Position numbers and translations under genes: made by a program | Part shown: positions 53,595 through 64,000 of the stretch, in pieces | Layout: each line of letters starts with the position of its first letter | How positions within the stretch are numbered: position 1 is the stretch's first letter | The notes under the pieces: model-generated | Seen by the model: the letters and a program-made list of their open reading frames with translations, nothing else | What the model was told of the DNA's origin: nothing | Database searches by the model: none | Assembly: GCA_951406725.2 (NCBI GenBank) | Contig: OX597826.1 | Span: 67,580,001-67,644,000 of the forward strand | Direction: 5' to 3' | Source: Octopus vulgaris | Taxonomy: Eukaryota | Length of the DNA stretch: 64,000 nucleotides

Positions 53595-54550
53595 CAGTCC
53601 GAATATAATACAGCTGAAATATTGGTAGGTAGATAGATAGTAAAAAATGATAAATAGGGAAAGAGTGAGATAGTGATTGAATGAATGAAAGACGCATAGA
53701 TGAAAAAAGAAGATAATAATAGTTGATGAGAAATTTATAAATAAGTATGGAGAGAATAGGTAGAAATGGGTGTGGAAAGAAGCATGATTGTGTTATGGTA
53801 TGGAAAGAAAATAATGATGTAAAAAGGGAGGGCCAAAAGTCAAAAAATAAAGATGGAAATTAGAATTAGTACTGATTATAGTCATGTGTGTGTTTTTTTT
53901 ATCAATATTTTAATCTATACTTTTCGAAGTCTCAACATTTTTCGAGAACCTCAGATTTAGAATTTAGTTGATACATCCGGGTACGCTTGAAAATATATAA
54001 ATATCAGTATATTCTCCGAAGTATGCAGATATCATTTTTGCTGTCATACCTGTATGATCTGTACCTTTCAAGTCGTCTATAAATGCCTTTAAAACGATAT
54101 GTAGCTAGAAAGCTTAGTTACATATCACTTTTCGATATATATGAATTTTGATAGGGTTTAATATTAGCGTGTCTTAAATTGCATTTTTCGCTGTGTCTGT
54201 AAATATTGCTCTATCAACTTGCTGGGATTAATTACTCAAATTATAGGTGGTAGATAATGGTTTAATGTGGCAGGATGTATTTAGTTGGCGATCGTTGGTA
54301 TTTCTCCAACAACAAATTTCTTGAACTTGGTTTGCGTCACGTATCTATATTTGGGGAGCAATTGGTAATTAAATTAATGTATTGAAGTTTGTGCTTCTTA
54401 CATAATTTCCTATATCAGCGTATGGCGGGAGACGAGGGTTTATCTATCAAATTAAGAAACATTCAACCAAAATTGAGTGGCAAAATTGTTTTCAGCATAT
54501 TAAAATATCATTCAATTCCAACTATGGATATCGGTAATTTTAATTTAATA

Positions 54551-54723
54551 GGCGCAGGAGTGGCTGTGGGGTAAGTAGCTTGCTTACCAACCACATGGTT
54601 CCGGGTTCAGTCCCACTGCGTGGCACCTTGGGCAAGTGTCTTCTACTATAGCCTCAGGTTGACCAAATCTTTGTGAGTGGATTCGGTAGACGGAAACTGA
54701 AAGAAGCCGTCGTATATATGTAA

Positions 54724-54765
<42 letters not shown>

Positions 54766-54991
54766 TTGTGTGTGTTTGTGTGTCTGTGATTGTCCCCCCA
54801 GCATCGTTTGATGACCGATGGTGGTGTGTTTACCTCCCCGTTTTTAGCGGTTCGGCAAAAGTGACCGATAGAATAAGTACTAGGCTTCCAAAGAATAAGT
54901 CCTGGGGTTGATTTGCTCGACTAAAGGCGGTGCTCCAGTATGACCGCAGTCAAATGACTGAAACAAGCAAAAGAGTAAAAGAGTAAAAGAG
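54551..54991 (+). mobile_element. SINE family A, full length
   Basis: tRNA-like head, CORE-like 'gtggcaccttgggcaagtgtcttc', repeated AAAAGAGT tail. Confidence 0.92.
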
Positions 54992-55073
54992 GCAGTCTTC
55001 AAATTATCTGACCCCCACCACACACATGTATATATGTGTGTGTGTTTGCGTGTGCTTCTCTGTGTGTGTGTGT

Positions 55074-55150
<77 letters not shown>

Positions 55151-56228
55151 TGTGCATATATAGACTTACCCAGGTGTAACACCATAACACTGAACACAAT
55201 TCTATGTAGCTCAGCACTAGTACTTCAACTACACACAATTTCATATAAAAAACAAATTACTATGTTAAACCAGATGATTATCTCAAAACCTCCGTCGCCC
55301 TACATTAAAGCATACCCAATACACAGCTAATATAACGTGCCCAGGAAAGATCGAACTTCAAATTGGTAACGAATAACTTCCAACTTACTAAATACACAGA
55401 TCTATGTAAATACCACAAGACACTTAATCCGTTGCTCTATCGATTCTTCCGCTCCATCTGCATTTTTTTAAACAGTAAATAATGAAATGAAACCAGTATA
55501 ACACTGTAAAAACTATACTATTGATCTGCCTAGCAACTGGTAAGCTATTGGCAAGTCTGCATTCTAGATTCTTTGATCTAGGTTCATTTAATTTATCTAT
55601 AAATATTCAATATTACTTATATTTTTCTACTTAATGTTAATAATGTTGTTTAATACATATTCTTGTTTATTTTGTAATTTTGTTTGTTTGTACGAGCGCA
55701 ATTGTCTTTTTGTTTGTTTATTATTTATTTATTTATTCATTTATTATTTATTTAGTTAATAGTATTGAGATCATTTCAATCATATTAATTTTAAACAAAT
55801 TTATACAAAACAAAACGTACGTATGTATAACTATATGTGTATGCATATATGCAGATATGTATGCCGGTATGTATGTAAATATATACATACACACAAATAC
55901 ACAGAGATATAAGTACATACACACAGACACAGACATTCACATACACGCACATATATATATATATTAATGCGTATATTTTATTTATGCATAATGCATACAA
56001 ATGCATATATACATACATTATATGTATGTGCATGTCTGTATACAATTATTGCGTATATACAATTATTTCGAAATTATCGATATTGATTATATATTTATTC
56101 TAGATGTACAATTTATATAAAACTCGCCCATACATAAATACATTTGCCCGCACACACATATATACACACCACACCATCATCCACACCCACACACTCACCC
56201 ACTCACATATACAGACAAAACACATTCT

Positions 56229-56279
<51 letters not shown>

Positions 56280-56500
56280 ATATATCTATATATACATATA
56301 CACACACACACACACATATATATATATACATATATATATACACCCAGGCATGAATATAGATATCTCTCTCACTTTATATTGCACACACACATACATACAC
56401 ACACAAACACACACACACACACACAGTTGTTTCTCATTTCGTTACCGACATACGTGTCTATGTCTGCAGGCAGAAAGAAATATGATGTTCTTTGTCTGCG

Positions 56501-56519
56501 ATTATTATTATTATTATTA

Positions 56520-56592
<73 letters not shown>

Positions 56593-56622
56593 TATTATTA
56601 TTATTACTATTTTTATTATCAC

Positions 56623-56706
<84 letters not shown>

Positions 56707-56829
56707 CATTATTATTATTATTATTATCATTATTATTATCAATATCATTATTATTATTATTACCAATATCATTATTATTACTATTATTATTGTTATTACT
56801 ATTATTATTATTATTATTATTATTATCAA

Positions 56830-56874
<45 letters not shown>

Positions 56875-56970
56875 AAATATCATTATTATTATTATTATTG
56901 TTATTATTATTATTATCAATATTATAATTATTATTGTTGTCATTGTTTTTGTTGTTGTTGTTGTTGTTGC
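56501..56970. repeat. (ATT)n microsatellite, about 440 bp, grading into (GTT)n
   Basis: Read directly; source of the 309-aa poly-Tyr ORF. Confidence 0.98.
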
Positions 56971-57433
56971 TGCTCCACCATCATCATGATCATTATTATT
57001 ATTAGTACTTTCTTTCTCTTCGACGGACTGTAAGTTGAGACTACGTTCTATAAACTTCCTTCCACGTTATTTTTATTGTTATTATTATTGTTCAAGACAT
57101 TTTCAAGAATAAACTGGTTTTAAGAAAGAAAAGAAAAAAAGCAAACTTTTCGTTATTTATCCTTCTCATCTGCCGGCTGCAGGTAAACATTTTCTTTTCT
57201 TATTAAGAATTGTCAACGTGTTTGACGTTTAGAAGAAGAGGAACAGTAGGAGGCATGTATGTCCACAGCGGCCGTAATAATTCTCATATTGCCATATGCT
57301 TCTCAAATGAATTAGCGACTTTCTTCCGTAGGTTTTTTCCTATAACTATATTAAGAAATCTGTTAGTATAACGAGAAGCGACAAACTCAAGAAATACTGT
57401 GGTAGGATATAGCAATGAAGCAATAATCTGAAG

Positions 57434-57837
57434 GAATGGTTCTCCACCATTTTTTATCTCTGGATCCGTTTGTATTCTACTGGATGCCCATGGCCTGTTT
57501 AAAGAAATTCTATTCTATTTTCATAATTAAATACCATTAGGAATTGTATATGAAAGTGTTAAAATTATTGTCAGCGTTGTAGAAGTACAGTTAGTTTATT
57601 ACACAAAAGCATTAACAGCAAAATCTCACATGCCTCTCACACAGCCCCGAGGGTCACATGGACCTCCAAGAGTGTTATGGACTCCGTTTGACAACAAGTG
57701 GTTATTGTGTGCATTGTAGAAGTATAGCCAGTTTATTACACAAAGGCATTAATAACAAAATCTCATATGCCTCTCACCCAGCACCGAGGGTCACATGGAC
57801 CTCCATGAGTGTTATGAACCCCGGTTGAGAACAACTG
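57434..57837. mobile_element. hAT (Charlie/MER5-like) MITE with an internal duplication of about 138 bp
   Basis: Ends 'aatggttctccacc' / 'ggttgagaacaactg' resemble CAGTGGTTCTCAACC; block 57577-57680 is repeated at 57714-57818. Confidence 0.6.
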
Positions 57838-58642
57838 ATTTAAATAATGACAGCAAAATTGAGAGCAACACATCTCTTCCATTTAGAATATCAAAAACAA
57901 TAAAATGTAGGATGAAAAGTTTTTGCCCTAAAAACAGGTCAAGAGCAACAATTATACAGAAGTTTTCAGTTCTCGATTTTGAAAATACTCCTGACACTGT
58001 AAATGATTTGGGCGTGTACGTTACTGAAACTAAGGCACTATCCACTCGTATACAGAATGACACTATATGGTCCTCATTTATCGTCGGTACAGCAAGGTCA
58101 AAATTGCGCCACGTAACGCGTGTAAGATGAGAATGTCTTGAAAATGTGCCACCAGACTTACTGCAGGCAAGTAAAATTAGATAACATAGCCATCAGCGAG
58201 ACCAGAGTTTCCGAGTAACAATCACGTTGGATTATTCTGAAAGAACAAGTACACCAATTACGCCTCGGTCAATCAAACACTGATGGGTGGAGAGGGACTT
58301 TGGTACGGAAAATGTCTGTATCAGCGCACACGTGAGTATACTTTAAAAACCTTGCTTCCCGACTACATTGTTCCAGGTTCAGTCTCACTGCGTGGCAATT
58401 TGGTCGTCTTCTACAACAGCCTGTACAATACTCAATTAGTAATGAAAGCAAATCCATATTGGATAAATCGAGCCTCTGTCACCAAGAAAAACAAAAACAT
58501 GTCTTAGATTTCAGATTTTTGTTTTCTCATTGTTGACCTCGAGGTAAATAGGGAATCTATAACCATAATAATAATTATTATTACGGAGATATATTGCATA
58601 GCAAGCGACCTGATCTGAGATCGTGTGCTGGAACGAAAACAA

Positions 58643-58882
58643 TTGCAGCATGGAAGAAACACACAAAAACCGTTAGATTAATTTCAATATTTTAATTTTA
58701 TTTGTCAATATATTTTTGTCGCTTTGAGAACGCAATCTGCAGCACGAAGTTTTGTCAGTGAACCGATCGCGGTCTCAAAGCAACGAAAATATTTTGACAT
58801 ATAAAATTTAAATTTTGAAGTGGATCTAACGGCTTTTGTGTGTTTCTTAAATGGCTTATAAGCACCTTCCGCGCTGCAATAA
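58643..58882. repeat. Long imperfect palindrome (about 80-bp core arms, 30-nt centre)
   Basis: aaacacacaaaaaccgttagat..gctttgagaacgc / gcggtctcaaagc..atctaacggcttttgtgtgttt; outer arms attgcagc..ggaag / cttcc..gctgcaat. Confidence 0.88.
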
Positions 58883-58894
58883 TTATAATATTCA

Positions 58895-59515
58895 ACTGGA
58901 AATACCGTTAGCGCGTTGGACAAAATACTTTGCAGAGTTTCTTCTGCCTCTTTACGTGTTGAGTTCAAATTACTCTGAGGCTAACTTTGTTTTAATCGCC
59001 TTGCAGTCGGTAAAATAAGGAACATTTTGTGTATAATGTGATCGATTAAACATGCCACCCTAAAATTGCAGGCTTAATAACGAAGTTAGATTGTTGCAGT
59101 TGTTGTTTCTCTCATTATTATTTTAGGTAGGAAGGCGGCTAGCTAGTAAAAACGAAGTGCTTAGCGGTATTTCGTCTGTCTTTACGTTCTGAGTTCAAAT
59201 TCCGCCGAGGTCAACTTTGCCTTTCATCCTATTGGGTGGATAAGTTGAGTACCAGTTGCGTACTGGAGTCGATCTAATCGACTGCTCCCCTCCCCCCAAA
59301 ATTTCGGGCCTTGCGCCTATAGTAAAAAAGATTATAATTTTAGGTAGGTTTAAGACGGTGACCTCGCAGAATCGTTAGCACTCCGGACGAAATGCTTAGC
59401 GGTCGACACTGCATTTCATCCTTTCGGGGTCAACGAAATAAGTATAAATTGAGCACTGGGGTCAATGTAATTGACTAGTACCTCTCCCCCAAATTGTGAC
59501 TATAGTAGAAAGGAT
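58895..59515 (+). mobile_element. Three consecutive SINE-B copies of differing divergence
   Basis: Copies at about 58895-59090, 59130-59335 and 59353-59515, all on the same strand. Confidence 0.8.
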
Positions 59516-59862
59516 TACTTTAGGTAGGGGTTCGTCCGAGTGTCGGAAAAAATGTACAACGCTTTCGGGTCGAGGTCGATTTTGCCTTCAACACCTCTGC
59601 TCTGGCGTTAATAAAACAAATTGCCAAATTACCGGAAAGATTCCATTGTAATATACAGGCAACAGTCTAATCATCGCTCAATGCTCATCCTTTTGTATTG
59701 AGTCTGAGTAAACTAAATATTTCGATACATTTCACGTTTATTATCACTTAACTCATTACACATTCTGCATTTGGTTCATATTCCTTGACTCGATTTACTG
59801 ATAGTTTCTGTTCATGAGCGGCGGAGAACTTTCCTTCAAGATATTCCTATTTAGCCATATTA

Positions 59863-60242
59863 GGAGGCGCAATGGCCCAGTGGTTAGGGCAGCGGACTCA
59901 CGGTCGTAGGATCGCAGTTTCGATTCCCAGACCGGGCGTTGTGTGTGTTTATTAAGCAAAAACATCTAAAGCTCCACGAGGCTCCGGCAGGGATGGTGGT
60001 GATCCCTGCTGTACTCTTTCACCACAACTTTCTCTCACTCTTACTTCCTGTTTCTGTTGTACCTGTATTTCAAGGGGCCGGCCTTGTCACTCTCTGTGTC
60101 ACGCTGAATCTCCCCGAGAACTACGTTAAGGGTACACGTGTCTGTGGAGTGCTCAGCCACTTACACGTTAATTTCACGAGCAGGCTGTTCCGTTGATCGG
60201 ATCAACCGGAACCCTCATCGTCGTAACCGACGGAGTGCTTCC
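59863..60242 (+). mobile_element. SINE family C, full length and well conserved; 12-bp target-site duplication
   Basis: A box 'tggcccagtgg', B box 'gtttcgattcc'; 'atttagccatat' at 59849-59860 and 60243-60254. Confidence 0.93.
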
Positions 60243-61091
60243 ATTTAGCCATATCCACCTATCCTTGTCATCGCTTATATGCTTGAGATTTTGGTAAACG
60301 TTAAGTGAGTCACATTTTCTTTCAAGTTTCATTTGCTCCTTTTCATATTTACTTTCCTTTTTGGGTCCTGCACATTCTGTAAATAACACTTCATTTGTTA
60401 TATCATTAAGGAGTGTTTCTCCTTATAGATAGGAAACTCAATTAATCTTCTCTAGTTCTATCTCCTCTGGGAATTCATTAATGTTCTTCCTTTCTCAGCT
60501 CTTTTCCAGTATAATCGGTTAACAACTAATTGAAAGTAGCAGGATGACGTACAGAGGGAGCTACTTCCTCGTTTTCCTGTTGATGTCCTTCACATCATCC
60601 GATCTGCGTCCAATACTTCCTGCTCTATAGCTTATTTGTTTCATGCAGCCTGTTAGTTACAGCAGGACAATGGCTCGCAAATGTCATCTTACCCTCCAAA
60701 ATACTAAAAGTATACAGGCCATCTTAGGAAGTGTAGTAGTAGACGCATTACGCATGGGGAAGGAGTGTGCGGATGGTCGTAACCAGAATAACTTTCGCCA
60801 AGTTGACCAGAGATGATTTGCGATTAAAGTATAACGACAAAAGCGGTCATTTTACTATACATTCTCAAGTATCTGATATTTCGCTCAAACATTATAATAA
60901 AAGAAAACATTCCCATCCACAATAGACAAGAGATGCATGACTCTAACAGACTTATTTACCCTTGAATATATACGCTGGCAACCAGACCTAAACTAAACAT
61001 TTATTTGTCTCTTTCGGTCTCCTGTTTCAGTTTCCATACATAAATAACTACACATACATTTACATACATAGCAACATACACCCACCCTCAA

Positions 61092-61138
<47 letters not shown>

Positions 61139-61292
61139 TGTGTGTATGTACGCGTGCGTATATATATGCATATATACATATACATATACGGACACACATG
61201 CACTGAGATGAGAGCAAATTTTAATCAACACTTTTCCTTGATAAGGAATTTCTAAAGCTAAAATGTAAATATAAATTAAGCGGGTATATTTT

Positions 61293-61360
<68 letters not shown>

Positions 61361-61396
61361 CTGTGTGTCTGTGTATCTCTGTGTATGAGTGAGTGT

Positions 61397-61447
<51 letters not shown>

Positions 61448-62017
61448 TATATATATACATGCATACACATATATACACATATATACACATACATATGTAG
61501 ACACTCACATACTGGCACATGCAGACAAACGTGCACACGCGCTCGTACTTACACACACATACACATTTATTTATATATATATATATATAGCCAGACATAG
61601 ATATGTCAGTGTGTTTACATATATATGTAAACACATTGGTTTAATCTTCAGCGTTTCGCTTTTCCAATAAAATTTGCATATTTTTAGGAATTCAATTTTG
61701 TAGTTTAAGAAAAAATATTTTGCTTATTTATTAGTTAATCTTGCAGCCAAAAATAACAGCAACAGCAGTAGCAGCAGCAGCAGCATTCGCAACAACAACA
61801 ACAACAACAACAACAATATAAACAGTAAGAAGAACAAGAACGACAACAACAAAAACAAAAATTACATGTTCGTTTCTTGAAAGTGTACCTACAGCGCTAC
61901 ATCAACAGCCACATTTCCATTAACTGAAACATGTAGACTTATCATGAACAATATCATGAAAAACAAGCCACATTCACAACAGATGCCACATTAACAACAT
62001 GATTTAAAAGATGATGA

Positions 62018-62028
62018 TGATCATCATC

Positions 62029-62070
<42 letters not shown>

Positions 62071-62095
62071 GTCAACATCATCATCATCGTCGTCG

Positions 62096-62128
<33 letters not shown>

Positions 62129-62180
62129 CAACATCACCATCATCATCATCATCATCACAACATCATCATCATCGTCGTCG

Positions 62181-62234
<54 letters not shown>

Positions 62235-62249
62235 ACATCATCATCATCG

Positions 62250-62292
<43 letters not shown>
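62018..62292. repeat. (CAT)n microsatellite
   Basis: Read directly from sequence. Confidence 0.98.
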
Positions 62293-62304
62293 GATTTTCA
62301 TCAT

Positions 62305-62862
62305 AATGCTGAGCGGTATTTCGTCTGCCGTTACTTTCTGAGTTCAAATTCCGCCGAGGTCGACTTTGCCTTTCATCTTTTCGGGGTCGACTAAATAAGT
62401 ACCATTTACGCACTGGGGTCCATCTAATCGATTTATCCGTTTGTCTGTCCTTGTTTGTCCCCTCTGTGTTTAGCCCCTTGTGGGTAGTAAAGAAATAGGG
62501 GTTTCGTCTGCCGTTACGTTCTGAGTTCAAATTCCGCCGAGGTCGACTTTGCCTTTCATCCTTTCGGTGTCGACTAAATAAGTACCATTTACACACACTG
62601 GGGTCGATCTAATCGATTTATCCGTTTGTCTATCCTTGTTTGTCCCCTCAGTGTTTAGCCCCTTGTGGGTAGTAAAGAAATAGGAGTTTCGTCTGCCGTT
62701 ACATTCTGAGTTCAAATTCCACTGAGGTTGACTTTGCCTTTCATCCTTTAGGTGTCATTTAATAAGTACCAGTTACGCACTGGGAGGGATGTAATCGACT
62801 TAATCCGTTTATCTGTCCTCGTTTGTCTCTTCCATGTTTAGCCCCCTGTGGGCAATAAATAT
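62305..62862 (+). mobile_element. Tandem trimer of SINE-B units, 5'-truncated
   Basis: Period about 185-187 bp; two 'gtgggtagtaaagaaatagg' junctions and a final 'gtgggcaataaa'. Confidence 0.92.
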
Positions 62863-63566
62863 AAAAATTATTTTCCTTGTTCTTGTGTCGCCTTCAGGTT
62901 AGATGTCAACCAGAAGAGCAAGCATCAAAGATCTTTCAACTGTGTCCATCTCCACTATTATTCGAACAGTGTAAATTACTCAACGTACATTATGCAATGT
63001 ACCGTTCTCTTCAAAAGTCTGTAGGGTGTGGCATGTGGATGAGATTTTCTGTCGTTATTTCATGAATGCCACGATCATGTTTCCACGATTTCATTCTGAC
63101 AGTGTCAAAGTCATGTAACCCATACGACAAATATATATTGGGGTTCAGATTAAAATCTTGAATTACACTTCTATGTTGATTCTGTTGGTGTGAACGATGA
63201 AGTGAATAGTCTTGAAATCATTTACAGCTCGGAGATTATAAGAAATATTAGAATGGATACTCCTGACGACGGTGTCAAATTTGACTTTTAAATTGAAACG
63301 TAAACTTGTTAGAAAGGGGGTTAGAATTGAGGGCGTCACGGCATATCATTTGTAATCCAGTTTGTTATTTTCCGATGCAAATGCTGTCACACATACACTC
63401 ACACAAACACACACACACCTACACACGCGCGCATACGTACCAACACGTACATGTACAAAATGTGTTTTAATTTATATATTCATGATTAGTTTATATACAC
63501 AAATACGCACGTATATATAGGCATACGTACATACATGCATACAAACACATACATATATGTGTATAA

Positions 63567-63626
<60 letters not shown>

Positions 63627-64000
63627 ATTTATGATTAGGTAGGTTATATAATACCACTTGCTGAAATCAGAGCCATTACTCCAAAAACCACCATAGAAAT
63701 TGTGATAAAAATGCACGCGTGTGTATGTATGTATACATGCATGTATATATATATGGGTGTTTGTGTGTATGTGTATGTTTATACATATTCTTCGTTCGAG
63801 CGACAAAGGATCTAGCACCCTTCGTGGCAGATTTTTCAGATGTTGATTGAGAAAGAGAAGCGCAAGGCCGAAGTAGATCGAGGAAAAGAGTGCACAGTTC
63901 TTGTTTGAAGGTGGAAAGAGAGAGAAAATGGGGCACGAGATCAGGAGAAAGCTTGGAAAGAATGAACCAGTAAGATTTCTATGTGTGTTATTTATAGGAG

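Noticed and set aside
56104-57033. 309-aa ORF and the other long low-complexity ORFs (27209-28028, 36754-37404, 45964-46546, 62011-62596)
   Set aside because: They are translations of (ATT)n, (CAT)n and (TA)n microsatellites, which lack stop codons in some frames; no coding signal.
59863-59940. tRNA-Arg-like gene (also the heads at 1924, 35287, 50970 and 54551)
   Set aside because: Imperfect cloverleaf that continues into a multi-copy body, with a target-site duplication at this copy; these are SINE heads rather than tRNA genes.
60544-60630. 28-aa ORF resembling a signal peptide (MTYRGSYFLVFLLMSF...)
   Set aside because: It stops immediately and I see no convincing splice donor; expected by chance in T-rich DNA.
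63877-63969. Possible plus-strand 93-nt exon ending in a GTAAGA donor
   Set aside because: The acceptor is purine-rich, the better upstream acceptor leads to stops in all frames, and the peptide is unrecognised.

Overview
This is AT-rich eukaryotic DNA, not prokaryotic. It is saturated with microsatellites ((TA)n, (CA)n, (TATC)n, (TATG)n, (AAT)n, (CAT)n) and tRNA-derived SINEs. That landscape is typical of a cephalopod (Octopus-like) intron or intergenic region; the organism is inferred from repeat content only. No intact protein-coding gene can be supported, and nearly all supplied ORFs are translations of microsatellites or SINEs. Supportable content: about 35 SINE copies in four families I label A-D, decayed mariner/Tc1, hAT and helentron-type DNA elements, and fragments of R4/Dong, Tx1-like, CR1/Jockey-like and Penelope retroelements. 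The most notable signal is a set of type I hammerhead ribozyme (HHR) motifs from at least five unrelated sequence families, most with a palindromic stem III. They include two divergent inverted pairs, a tRNA-headed SINE-like element with an HHR tail, an HHR capping a G-U-rich rod of about 145 nt, and an HHR with a long branched stem II. All pairings were read by eye; none was computed or tested.
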